From positions 204,657 through 242,936 of the forward strand of contig JBNGIO010006370.1 of the NCBI GenBank assembly GCA_049999805.1: a stretch of 38,280 bases of DNA. Direction: 5' to 3'. A program made the translations under genes and the position numbers. How positions within the stretch are numbered: the stretch's first letter is position 1; each line of letters opens with the position of its first letter. Positions 21,987 to 33,258 of this stretch are shown here, piece by piece. Under the pieces are notes generated by a model. It searched no databases, was not told the origin of the DNA, and saw nothing but the letters and a program-made list of their open reading frames with translations. The DNA is from Folioceros fuciformis (taxonomy: Eukaryota).

Positions 21987-24986
21987 CGTCCATTTGCTGG
22001 AGGTCCAGGTTGAATTCTGTAGCATAGGCAAGGATAAGGCGGATGGACTGGTTGCGAACTACGGCTAAGAACGTTTCTTGGTAGTCCAGCCCCTCCACCT
22101 AAGTGAACCCCCGAGCCACTAATCGTGCTTTGAATCTAGCAACTTCTCCCTTGGCATTTAGCTTAAGTTTGAATGTCCACTTGCAGGATATAGCCTTCCT
22201 ACCAGGTGGGAGGTCGACGAGGGTCCATGTATTATTCTTGACCAGAGATTTGTATTCGTCCTCAAGTGCTGATCGCCACTGCTCACACTCAGGGCTACTG
22301 AATGTCTGAGTGAGTGTGGTGGGTTCTGCAGGTAGGAGAGGGCCTGAGTTGAGCCCAGGAAAAGCATGTGTCTTGAAGTCAGTGGAGGCATAAGGTGGCT
22401 CCCTCCATTCAGATGGGGGAGGTCTATGGCGCGTGGAACAGCGCGGGGGGTCAGACCCAGGCGCAGACTCGGCAACCTGAGTTGGAGGCTCAAGGGGGTC
22501 AGCTGGCTCAGCTGCATCGTCAGCCATCCCCAGGTCAGCTGTCCCCAATTCCCCCTCTGCATCCAATATAGGTTGATGCGGGACTGCGGCGGGGGCTAAG
22601 GCAGTAGGATCAGCAGGGATGGCATCAGGTGGTGCTATAACAGGAGGGGGTGCTACCTATGCAGGTTCATCATCATCAGTGGGGAAAACGGAGGGTTGGT
22701 TGGCTGGCTGGATGGGATCCACTGAAGGGGGTTCCCCTAGAGCGGGGGAGCAGGGCTCTATGAAGGTGACACTCTTTGCGAGCACAATGCAGTTGGCGTT
22801 AGGGTTGTATAACTTACATGCCTTAGAGTGCTTGTTGTAGCCGACCAGAATGAGTGCCTTTGAGCGGTTGTCCAACTTGTGTCTTTTCTCTGCAGGGATG
22901 TGGGCATAAGCACCGGATCCGAAGACTCGGAGGTGCAAGAGACTGGGCTTCTTGTTCCAGAATACCTCAAAGGGAGTCTTGGTCGGAACAGTACTAGTGA
23001 TGACGCGATTGAGGATGTAGGTCGCCGCCACTATAGCCTCGGCCCAATAGCCCTTGCCGATAACAACATACTTCTTGTCATTGAGAGCAGAGTCTGATTC
23101 TTGCGTTCTGACACACCGTTCTGTTGCGATGTGTAGGGCACTGTAAGCTGGTGCAAGATTCCTGAGGTCTGCAGGAGATCATTAAAGGATGAATTGACGA
23201 ACTCGGTGCCATTGTCAGTTCTGAGGGTCTTCAAGAGCTATCCTGATTGCCTCTGGGCTATGGTGAGCTAGTCCTTGAAGCAGGTATAGGTGTCACTTTT
23301 CAGCTGCATGGGGTAGGTCCATGTGTAGCGGCTGTAGTCATCAGTGACTGTTAGGAAGTAACGAGCACCTCCAAGGGAGGGCTCATGAACTTTGCCTGAG
23401 ATGTTGGCATGGACTAACTCAAGGACTCGGGTGGCCCTCTGTGCAGGTGAATCAGGAAATGGTGACTCCTTCTGCTTAGCAAGGATGCAAGATTTGCACA
23501 CAGGTAACTCCTTGGAGCATTTAGGAAGAGGTTCTCGGTGGCACTTTAGGGCTGACATGTTAATCAATTTTGACCTATTAACATGCCCTAGACGAGCATG
23601 CCATAGCAGGGCCTGCTATGCCTAACTTAGGTTAGGACCTGTAGTTGAGTGGACGGCCTCTGTGTGCAGGTTTGGACTGAAACAGGTGATGTTAAGCCTA
23701 TACAAGTTGCTCTCAGGCAGTCCCTCAAAGGCACATGTGTGGGACATAGATGACGTCTGTCAGGGTTAGTTCAGTGCCATCATGAAGACAGAAGACACAG
23801 GTACCCTTGCCCTCAATACGCAGACTTGTCTTGCTCTGCTCATCTGCAAGAAATACCTAACCACCTTTTTGTGTTAGGTCAAGGTACTAAAAAGTTCCCT
23901 CTTCTTGCAGATATGGGTCGTTGCCCCAAAGTCGAGGTACTAGCAGCTGTCGTCACTGAGGGTGCTGGACAGGCAGACTGTTAGTATCGTCACGGGGGCC
24001 TTCGAGTCTCTCGATTTGTTCTGCCTCACAGCCACGTTTGCGGCCGACTTTTGCTGTCGTGAGGGCTCGCGAGCCCTTCCTTTTCGGCACTCTCTGGCCC
24101 AGTGGCCAGGGAGGCCACACCAGTTACAGTTGCCGGATCTCTTAACGGGGCTTGTAGGTTCCCCCCTCTGTCCCTACATTTCTGTACTTCTGGGTTGGGT
24201 TCTTCCCTTGCGGAAGTTTGTGGCTAATGCCTTCTCCCTTATTCCTGAAAGTAGATGAGAAGGCGCGACTTTGCTCCTCCTAGAATAGCGCTCCGATCTC
24301 CTCCAAGGTGATGGTCACTATCTGACCTGAGGCAGCTGCGGCAGCGCGTATCGGGCCATTTTGGTTCGTAACAAAGGTCTGGTAGGAGGCAGGAAGGCTG
24401 CTCAGTAGTTGGGCGGTAGCATCCACCTCTGACATCTTCTGTCCTGTCATCGCAATGAGCTGGGCACGTAGGTGCCGAAACTTGCTGACATGTGAGGACA
24501 CCTTTTCTCCTTCTTTCATTTTGAGGGAGAAGAATTCCTGCCTGACTGCACATAGCGTCATCATGTTCTGGATCTTGTATGTCTTTTCTAACTGGTCCCA
24601 TATGCCATGTGCAGATGTGAGGTACTCTACCTCTAGGACCGAGTCTGCGTCCAACCCTCGATAATCACGGCAACAGCAATAGCATTATGTTGTTCCCACT
24701 TGGCGATTTCATCGGCTGTAGGGCTAGCGTTGGGGTCAGGTTTGAGGTAGGTCCCGTCAACAACGGTCCAGACTCCCTTGGCCAGCAAGGTGGCCCTCAT
24801 CTTGACTCTCCACAAAGTGTAGCCAGACCCCTTGAACTTGTGATAGTCCTTCTCTTTAAGTTTTGAGGTGAAGGTAGGTGTGCTTGACGATGCTGCCATG
24901 GCTGGTTGTTGGGCTGGGGTGTTTAGGGTTAGGTGTTGGAGACCGCTAATAAGGGAGTTGAGTTGTGCAGGGGTGACCATGTACAC
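21987..24986 (-). pseudogene. copia gag-pol (GAG, PR, INT, RT N-terminus), degenerate
   Basis: gag (LWRVKMRATL, FFSLKMKEGEKV), knuckle CNWCGLPGHWAREC, YLDFGATTHIC, WHARLGHV, LRTDNGTEF, QQNGVSER, CKWTFKLK, FKARLVARGF, QMDV. Confidence 0.92.
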
Positions 24987-26128
24987 CTAAGCCGACCAGA
25001 GGAGCTATGGCTATAGTGGCACATGGAGGTAGGTGTGCACGTGACTCCTGCTATTGTGCTCTCATTCCCTTAGCAGCTGATGTTGGGACGTACGTGGCGG
25101 AGCCTAGCTAGGCACAGAGTTCGGATGCCATTGGGTTGATGGCTTCTAGGTCCTGCGCCTAGTTGAAGGCTTCGCCACTGACGCCTGCAGCATGGGTGCA
25201 CCTAAGGTGATGGGGAGCTAGCCCAGCCTGTTAGGCCCGGATGGGGAAATAATATTTATTGCTATTATTTCCGAAGGGGCTGGCCAAGGGGTAAGCCCTA
25301 GGATTTGAGTCTAGGTGGGCCGTTACTAACCATCATGTCCCAACGACGTGAAGAGGTTCACCAGGTGGCCAAATGGGGAGGCGTCGAGATCGATCTTGGT
25401 AAGGGGCGTGAGCAGCGTTGCACCGGTTCGTGCCTGGGGCGCTGAGCCTGCTCGTTCGCCAGAGTCTATGCTCCTTGGCAGCGGAAGTGTCTAGGGCCCA
25501 AGGCCGTCTGGTCCCGAATTGGTAAGTGAGTCCCCTGAATTCCGCCTCTGATGATCAAGGTTCTTGGGGTAATCTGCAACCCGGCAGATGCTCTCACAGA
25601 TTTTGTCAGTAGTGGGAGATTCGGGGATCTTAAATTCAGGGTCGGGGTGTTGGGCGTGGATTTTGGAGGAGGTCTGATACAACAGCAAACTGGACAGCAA
25701 TCCCTCCACGCGGCTGAGGATACTCTGCGACCTGACGAGAATTTTCCTCAGCCCCTTGTGTAGGTTGATGTCTATGTTGCACTAGTGCTTGCCAGGTGTT
25801 CCAGGTGCTAGCGAGGGCCCCCGAGTGTTAAACGGGTAGCGCGCTAGCGTGGATTGTTCGTAGGAACAGTGGGAGCCGGAGGCACGGCCGCGTTGCAGGG
25901 GGAGTTGCGGGCACTAGGGTGGAGAAACCTATCGCCAAGGGCGCCGGGCTCTTCCTCTTCTAGGGATGCGTGCACTTTCTAATGAGAGGTGAGCCGAGTG
26001 ATCAAGTGGGCAGCCTACGGTGACGAGTCCCTTTGCAGGCGCGCACTCAAATCTGCCCCTACTGAGAGCGCCCTGCCTCGGCATGATTCTAGGATTCCTC
26101 CGGGGGTTTGAGCATGGCTCTGATACCA

Positions 26129-26345
26129 TGAGAACAATGTGATTAGGGAGCATAGCAATTCTCAGAGCAATTCTCTTATGTATTTGCAGTTGAATAATAA
26201 AAAGTATCTTTCTACATCAAGGCATTTGACTTAAATAGTAGCTATCCTGTCTACCTGACTTGCCCTATATAGTCACACTGTTTCGTCTGAGTTTACCCTA
26301 TATATTCGTCTAAGTATAATTAGGAACGCTATATATGCTCTAACA
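26129..26345 (-). repeat. 5' LTR of the minus-strand copia
   Basis: Direct repeat of 14069-14285, adjacent to the PBS. Confidence 0.96.
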
Positions 26346-26350
26346 CGGAC

Positions 26351-27157
26351 ATAGATATCAAAGCTGCTCCATTTACACATTTACAATCCAGGAGCAAAAA
26401 ACAAAGGACAGTTCTGGACAATGTCGTTGAATATTATCTAGCACAAATCAGATCAAAACTAGAGCTGAGATTAGGACAATACTTAAGAGCAGGCGAGAAC
26501 TTGTGGTGGGATGGGTTTTGGGCAAAGCAAGAGGCTATCGTGCATTCAATCAACTCCGGTTTAGACAAAGACCTTGATTCTCCTTGACGGTGGTATAATC
26601 AAGAGGCAGCAGAATTATTGAACGCACTCATAACTGTTCCAGACGAAATCGTTGTTCACAATCCACGGATCCGTGAGATTCCCACAAGAAACATGTATGT
26701 GGGTGCATACCGTAGGGATGCAGACCTCAGTGACGACCGCGAAAGTTTGAATAGAGACATAACATAAATAGAAAAAGGGCATATGATTGTTGTCCCTTGC
26801 AAGTCTGACGAAGTCTTAGTGGCTGATATTACATGCGAAAAATCATATGTGAAAGTGCACTCGTGGGTCACCAAGTGTTCAGATGCTTTTGAGGGTCGTT
26901 ACCAAGAAGAGATGATTTTACCACATGAAGATCCGCCAAGAGGGTTACGAGAAGGTCACAGATGTAGGCCAAGCAGAAGACTTTGGAAGCATATAGATAC
27001 ATTATTCATTGAAGACACTTTCATTCTAGCATATGGATTTGATTTGACACGCCAAAAACAGCTTCCCTCCCGCACGAGGACCCTGATTCGCAAAAACCTA
27101 TACGTCCTAATCATGACCAGGATACACTGCCGCCTGAAAATAACGAAATTTTGTTAA
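26351..27157 (+). pseudogene. Sola-like transposase, 3' part
   Basis: Removing the copia and one TSD gives ...EFLKHIPD|IDIKAAPF...WWDGFW... in frame through ORF 26783..27157 (FDLTRQKQLP), with two in-frame stops. Confidence 0.75.
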
Positions 27158-27935
27158 ACGTTTAGATAAAAGTATTAAGTACAAACTGGTATGATAACTT
27201 TTGTATGTAGCGGCAAGCAAGTTTCGCTTTCCACTTGCCATATATGTGACTTTGGTAGTGTGCGCCGGTCTATCGGCGCACGTCAACTTGTTTTAGGCTG
27301 GTTGACCAACGGTCTATCCTGCAACCCTTTCTGGAAAATGCAAACAGACATCAACGGGTGATAATTTTCAAGAATAGGGTCAACTGATATGAGGTATAGC
27401 TCAAACACGCAGGACCTTACATGGAATCGGATAACACCTGAATTACATGATACCCGCCATATTACGGGGTTTTGTCATGTATTTGAATGCAAGGACACCC
27501 GCAAATTTGCTTATACTTTCAAAAAAATTGATGTTTACGTTCGTACGCAATACTCTTTAAGGCTACATTTATGCATCCCTAGACAAAAACGCATGAAAAT
27601 GTGGATATCTGACACGAATTTTGAGCATCAAATTTTCGCGAAGCCCGAAATGGCTTTAGAGAACAAGAACATCACGATGATGTGTTTGCACCTAGCAGAT
27701 TGGTAAACATGTATGCCGAGTATGCCGAGTGTGATAGCTTGTTACTATGTATGTGTGTTTGGAGAGAAAAATCTTAAACAAAAGAGAATTTTTATTATTA
27801 AAAGCACTAATACAATTCTACTTAAAATATTCTTTCTAAGATGTCTATTAACATATGTTATACCCCTTGGTCTTAGTCATCCTAATTGAAAACAAATCGT
27901 AAGCGAGTGTTGATTATATATATATTCTATAATTA

Positions 27936-28155
27936 CATGCTCATAGCGTGTTAGATGGGTTGAGTCACAAGGATGATGTGATGTGGAATGCCATGATAGC
28001 AGGACATTGCCAGCACGACATGTGCCAAGGGGCTCTACACCTATAAGATACTATGCAAGAAAATGGTAGTGCCGCTACTAATTCCATGACATTTGTGTGC
28101 CTCTTCTAGACATGTGCAGGTTTGCCTTTACAAAGGCAGTTGCATGCACAAACTG
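27936..28155 (+). pseudogene. PLS-class pentatricopeptide repeat gene fragment
   Basis: Manual translation HAHSVLDGLSHKDDVMWNAMIAGHCQHDMCQGALHL*DTMQENG...NSMTFVCLF*TCAGL...RQLHAQ matches the PLS PPR consensus (WNAMIAG, TFV, QLHA). Confidence 0.8.
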
Positions 28156-28320
28156 ATTTTTGAACAACTAATGCAAGCTTATGTGCTTCTAGGTGCAAGT
28201 TTGAGATGGAAAATTTTGATACCATAAGCAAGCATTGTAATAGCATCACTCCCACAAAGGATCACAACACATGACGTGTTGTGGGCAATTCCACAATTGG
28301 ATGACTCATTAGCTCTTGTA

Positions 28321-28478
28321 AGTACACTAGCTGCACGGCCTAATTGTGCAGTCACCTTTAAGTACACTAGTAGCACCACCTAATTGTGCAGTCAACTTTA
28401 AGTACACGAGTTGCACCGCCTAATTGTGCAGTCAGCTTTTAGTACAATAGTTGCACCACCTAATTGTCCAATCAACTT
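28321..28478. repeat. 40-bp minisatellite, 4 copies
   Basis: AGTACACTAG.TGCACC.CCTAATTGTGCAGTCA.CTTTA at 28321, 28361, 28401, 28441. Confidence 0.93.
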
Positions 28479-28570
28479 GGCATGCTCTATTGGGTGGTTG
28501 TCAAAAGTAGAGCAACTTGGAGTTGGGACAATATGCTTTGACTAGGCACCTGCACCCAATGAGCTAGCTC

Positions 28571-28925
28571 TTTACTCCTTAAGTGTTTATTATGTTACTT
28601 GTGGGTTGATATTATGTCCTTGCCATTTACTCCTTCAGTGTTCATTATGTTACTTGTGGGTTGATATTATGTCCTCGCTATTTACTCCTTCAGTGTTATT
28701 ATGTTACTTCTGGGTTGATATTATGGCCTGGCTCTTTTCTCCTTAAGTGTTTACTGTGTTATTTAAGAGTTGATAGCNNNNNNNNNNCCTTAAGTGTTTA
28801 CTGTGTTATTTAAGAGTTGATAGCTCTTTACTCCGTAAGTGTTTATTATGTTAGTTGTGGGTTGATATTATGGCCTGACTCTTTACTCCTTAAGTGTTTA
28901 CTGCTTTACTTACAAGTTGATATTT
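28571..28925. repeat. ~55-bp (and shorter variant) minisatellite spanning an N gap
   Basis: TTTACTCCTTAAGTGTTTATTATGTTACTTGTGGGTTGATATTATG units at 28571, 28626, 28681...; gap 28778-28787. Confidence 0.9.
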
Positions 28926-29790
28926 GATTAGCGTGCTGGATGTCATGGGTCACGACAGCAAGTCAGAGCTGCTTTAAAAAAAAAGAATGAAAGCTGTTCA
29001 CAAAGAATGCCAAAGGGAGTTCTCAGCCTTACACCCAACAAAACATGAAAGACCGTCTACTACTGGTCGGGGACCAACGAGTGCGTTTCCACCTAATAGT
29101 AGGGCATGTCACGTGGGTCCTTAGTCCAGTATTGCATAGTGTATTACTCAGCATACATATGTATGTTAAGCAACCAAGCAAGGTGAGTTGCAAACTAAGA
29201 ATTGTGCGGGATCTGGGAAACGAGACAAGACCCACAAAGCTTTTGCACGCTCAAAGTGGTGCATTTGGACACAACAGTGTGTGTCACGTGCTTCTCCCAC
29301 ATGGACCGACCAGGAGGCTGCTGCCATGTTCAGCAGCAAAGATCGACAAACAAGATCGCAATGCTGCAGATGCAGTGATGCCCACCACGAGAGTCCAGTG
29401 AATGTCAGCCAGATTCGATTTCTCAAGACCAGTTGAAGGGTTGAATGACCCAATCCGCTGAGAGCTTCAAAGGCAGGGACTCGGAGTCTGTGGCTCCTAT
29501 TCTCAGTGATCTGCTCCTGGGCTGTACAGTACCTGTAGACCCAGAGAAAACCGTGCAACCCTGACACTCCTTGTCATGATAGTTCACACAAAACACATGT
29601 ACTGTTGTACCTGCCACGAAGGTTTCTGTTTGTCTTCTTCGTCCACCCTGGTATCTGTCCAAATACCTAAGGTCTGCTAACTCGCCTTCTTGGCAGGCTC
29701 CTTTGGGAACAGCGCAAAAGCATGTACAGGATTGAAGCGACTGGCGCACGCAGGGGGAACCCTCAGATTTCCAACCAGGGCATCTATCTC

Positions 29791-31911
29791 TCAGAATAGT
29801 ACTATCGGTTCCTGGGGAATGTCCTGAATCTGAAAGCCGAACACGGCAGCTGGTCTACACCTGGGCAGCGGAGGTGGTTCAACTTCTCCCATCAAGATCT
29901 GCTGCACACGCCTGGTAGACGGCCTCACGCTGGGATCTGGGTAGATGCACAGCAAGCCCACATGTAGCACACGGATTAGCTCGCTGGCGTCGAACTTGCC
30001 GTCCATAGCTGGATCTGCTACATCCAGCAGGGTGCCAGCTTCTTGCATCTGCCACACCCAATCTACGAGCGTAGTTTCCTGGTCGCGGATTTGCGGTCTC
30101 CTGCCACACGCTACCTCCAGCAACAGAACCCCAAAGCTGAAAACGTCCGATTTGGTGGTGGCTCTCCCAGCTACGATAAGCTCCGGCGCCATGTAGCCCT
30201 TGGTCCCAGCGAATCCTGTCAGGGTGAGGCCCGTCGTTAAGGTTTCCTCCACCAGGTGGGCCAAGCCGAAGTCTCCCAACCGACCTTGCATGTTGGCGTC
30301 GAGCATCACGTTGCTGGGCTTGATGTCTCTGTGGAGGATGCACTTCGTCCACTCCGTGTGGATGTAAACCAAAGCCGCTGCTACATCCTGGACAATACGA
30401 AACCTTTCTGCCCAGGACAGCACCTTCTCACTAGAGTAGAGGTGCCGATCCAGGCTCAGGTTTGACATGTATTCATACACAAGCAGGAGCTCGTCCCGCT
30501 CATGGCACCAGCCACAGAGATGTACCAGGTTCTTGTGCCGAAGCCGCCCCAAGCTTTTCAGCTCTGCCCTGAACTCCTTTTCGCCCTGCCTGGAATCCTG
30601 CGAGATTCTTTTGATGGCCAGCTGGACATCCAAGTCTCCTATCCGCATCATGCCCCGGTACACACTCCCGAATCCACCTTTCCCGAGAACCAGTGAAGGG
30701 CTGAAACCTTGAGTCGCCTTCTTCAGCTCCTGGTAAGAGAAGGTCCGTGTCACGTAGCTCACATTCACATCGTCCACGGACTTAGAAACCCGGGAGGGCT
30801 CGGAACTCTTTCCTGTGGATGAAGTGGGTGCTTTGTCCATCATCATGAGAGCACGAAGGTGCTCCATGCCAGTGTTCTCCGAAGCCCTACCAGATGTGCA
30901 ACAAAAGAACCAGCAGAGGCCACAGCCGAGAGCAACTACCAGAAACGTTGCCCCAATTGCGACCCCCGCAACCAAGCCGACGTTGCTGCCTTGGCTGCTC
31001 TTGTTGGCTGCCTGGGGCTCAGTGGGAGCCTGAGGCAGAGGAGAGGGAGCTTGTGGCAGGCCACTGGTGGAGAAGCTCCAGTCGTAAACGTAGTTGTCCT
31101 GGATATAGAAGCCTGTGCTGGCCGTGAAGCCGACATAGGAATGTTGTTTCACGATGCTGGAGACGTTCAAAGGGCTGTAAGAAAGCACGAGAGAGGAATC
31201 TGCTTTCTGGGTTCCAGTCCTGGCCATGTGTACCACCAGCTCTTGCCTGTCCGCAGAGTAGTCGATCCAAGCCACCAAAGCGGGAGCATTGGGCTCATCA
31301 TTGTTGAGCTGAATGCCGTAGACTGACAGGTTCTGCGTCGCGGCAGATTCAATGTCGTTGATGTCCAGCCCGACGTGGTTGGAGTCGTTCACGGGATCGA
31401 TACCCGGAGTGTAACTGGTGTCGAACTCCACGGCCACCACTTGAATACTGGGATCCCCGCCACCGTAAACGGAGTCGTAGCAACCGAGACCACCACCGTT
31501 GCTACCCCGTGGGAGTTCGGGGCCGGGCGCGATTATGAAGGTCATCCCATCCCCCATGAAGTTCCCCGGCACCGACCTCATCCTGAAGGTGAAGGACGTG
31601 TTAAAGGAAGCTTCCGCGCCAGAGCCCACATCGTAGAACTGCACTGGAGAAGGAAACACCGCTCTGGAACCCAGATCCCTCGCTGCATTCATCTCCGGGT
31701 TGCTGTTATTCACAGTGAGCTGCAGAACTCCCCCGTCTCCCACACTGCAGTTGCCGCTCAGCAGTACGGCCCCTCCTGAGAAGGTGTCGAAGGAGAACTC
31801 CACATTCTGCGCACGGCAGCAGCGCAGTGTCACGCCCAGCAGAGGAGGCAGCAGCAGGAGGGCACAGACGTGGAGCAGGCACAACTTCGCGTTTTTGAAT
31901 GTCCGATTCAT
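29791..31911 (-). CDS. LECRK: L-type (legume) lectin-domain receptor-like Ser/Thr kinase, 706 aa, intronless, intact
   Basis: Signal peptide, legume-lectin motifs (SFNTSFTF, GDGMTF, VAVEFDT, SNHVGLDIN, AWIDY, YVGFTASTG, WSF), Pro-rich stalk, TM, kinase GKGGFG, AIK, HRDIKPSN, DFG, GTKGYMAPE, SDVFSFG. The symbol is family-level only. Confidence 0.97.
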   Translation of the reverse strand: MNRTFKNAKLCLLHVCALLLLPPLLGVTLRCCRAQNVEFSFDTFSGGAVLLSGNCSVGDGGVLQLTVNNSNPEMNAARDLGSRAVFPSPVQFYDVGSGAEASFNTSFTFRMRSVPGNFMGDGMTFIIAPGPELPRGSNGGGLGCYDSVYGGGDPSIQVVAVEFDTSYTPGIDPVNDSNHVGLDINDIESAATQNLSVYGIQLNNDEPNAPALVAWIDYSADRQELVVHMARTGTQKADSSLVLSYSPLNVSSIVKQHSYVGFTASTGFYIQDNYVYDWSFSTSGLPQAPSPLPQAPTEPQAANKSSQGSNVGLVAGVAIGATFLVVALGCGLCWFFCCTSGRASENTGMEHLRALMMMDKAPTSSTGKSSEPSRVSKSVDDVNVSYVTRTFSYQELKKATQGFSPSLVLGKGGFGSVYRGMMRIGDLDVQLAIKRISQDSRQGEKEFRAELKSLGRLRHKNLVHLCGWCHERDELLLVYEYMSNLSLDRHLYSSEKVLSWAERFRIVQDVAAALVYIHTEWTKCILHRDIKPSNVMLDANMQGRLGDFGLAHLVEETLTTGLTLTGFAGTKGYMAPELIVAGRATTKSDVFSFGVLLLEVACGRRPQIRDQETTLVDWVWQMQEAGTLLDVADPAMDGKFDASELIRVLHVGLLCIYPDPSVRPSTRRVQQILMGEVEPPPLPRCRPAAVFGFQIQDIPQEPIVLF

Positions 31912-32252
31912 CGATTCCCCAGCAGGCGATTTTTCCTCTCCAAGTCCTCCGGGAACATCCGATGCATCGATCTACCACGAGGCGCTCATCTCGCTCGAAG
32001 TCCTTGAGGAACGTTTGGGGGTGAGGACGTCTGGGAAAGAAGTGTCAAATGCGAAGGACGATTATCCAGAGACGCAGCTGCCGTGAACGTACCATTCAAA
32101 AGCAAGTGGTAGGCCAAAACTGTGGATCCGTATCGGGAAGTGGACTCCTTGATCGCCCTCTCAAGCTAAGACTGTCCTTTCGAAAGCAGCTCGAAAGCAG
32201 CTCAGAGCAGGGGCTCGTGCCTAGTTATCAAAGTCGTTCGTTGGGAGCGCTT

Positions 32253-32530
32253 GACTTGGGAAACGTGAGATTGGGAATAGCCTTCCTAAAGAAAAGTGGC
32301 AAAGACTTGGGAAACGTGAGATTGGGAATAGCCTTCCTAAAGAAAAGTGGCAAAGACTTGGGAAACTTCATATGGGTCTTCCTAAAGAGAAGTGGAAAGA
32401 CTTGGGAAACTTGAGATGGGCTTTCTAAAGAGAAGTGGCAAGGCTTGGAAAACTTGAGATGGGCCTTTCTAAAGAGAAGTGGCAAGGCTTGGGAAACTTG
32501 AGATGGGCCTTGCTAAAAAGAAGTGGCAAG
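32253..32530. repeat. 51-bp to ~44-bp minisatellite upstream of the intact LecRK
   Basis: GACTTGGGAAAC.TGAGAT..G..CCTT.CTAAAGA.AAGTGGCAA, about 6 copies. Confidence 0.92.
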
Positions 32531-32554
32531 TAGCAAGAAAGGCAGAAAGGAGCA

Positions 32555-32752
32555 AGTAAAGATATGTTACATCCTAAAATTTTAAATAGTAAAGATATGT
32601 TACATCCCAAAAATTTAAATAGTAAAGATATATTACATCCCAAAAATTTAAATAGTAAAGATATATTACATCCCAAAATTTTAAATAGTAAAGATATGTT
32701 ATATCCCAAAATTTTAAATAGTAAAGATATGTTACATCCCAAAATTTTAAAT
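32555..32752. repeat. 33-bp AT-rich minisatellite, 6 copies
   Basis: AGTAAAGATATGTTACATCCCAAAATTTTAAAT. Confidence 0.96.
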
Positions 32753-33258
32753 ATTTTATTTTTGATAAATACTTAAGTTCTCTAATTGTTACACCTCCCT
32801 AAATGTTCCCAACACATAACATTTAGGGAGGGTGGATTGTAGGTTTGCATTGCAATGTCACACTCTCATGAGATTCCACATCTAATGATGATCCTTAGTT
32901 TGAGGTTTATAATGGCCACATTGACTTGGCTATCAAACCTTGTTCAACCTTGAAAAGTCATGGTCCCATGAGTCTCAAGAGCAAGGGGGATGAAAATATA
33001 TCATCTTGTAATAAAGAATGCTTAATACACTAAAGAATACTTATGTCATCTTGTAGTAGAGAATACTTACGCACTTCGGCACTTGCACAATCCTCCTTTG
33101 CCCATCGAGGGGTGTTGATAACAACATGCTCACAAATTAAATCTCTAGTGTACTATGTAACAACTACATTAGCAACACAAACCTTTTTCTCCTAATGAGA
33201 GAAAAAGATCAGTTCTAAGCTAAACCCATTGCGTAAAGTATATGACACTGCCTACATA

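Larger units (their letters stand above)
14069..26345 (-). mobile_element. Ty1/copia LTR retrotransposon with both LTRs and TSD, carrying a nested ~6-kb insert in RT
   Basis: 217-bp LTRs 14069-14285 and 26129-26345 (TG..CA, 8 mismatches by my count), TSD CGGAC (14064-14068, 26346-26350), PBS TGGTATCAGAGC 26117-26128, PPT next to 14286. Confidence 0.96.
10849..27654 (+). mobile_element. Sola-like (DUF7869-type) DNA transposon, interrupted by a copia at 14069-26345; probably extends left to ~3836
   Basis: Transposase remnants on both sides of the copia in a continuous frame. The 3' terminal arm 27050-27654 is shared with the non-autonomous copy at 15958-16595. The terminal TIR is missing at 27655. 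Confidence 0.7.

Noticed and set aside
15958-27654. One giant element with 600-bp TIRs (15958-16595 / 27050-27654)
   Set aside because: The left arm lies inside the copia and the right arm outside it, and the left arm pairs with its own TIR at 17634-17657; they are two separate family copies in opposite orientation.
27389-27706. ORF MRYSSN... present twice (also 16029..16253)
   Set aside because: Both lie in the shared terminal arm of the transposon, the lengths differ and there is no motif; the conservation is explained by DNA-level copy identity.
29879-32086. Overlapping and antisense ORFs across the intact LecRK
   Set aside because: Shadow frames of a GC-rich coding sequence.
32049-32776. 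Repeat-containing ORFs (DLGNVRLGIAFLKKSGK; LGCNISLLFKI)
   Set aside because: Translations of minisatellites whose unit lengths are multiples of three.
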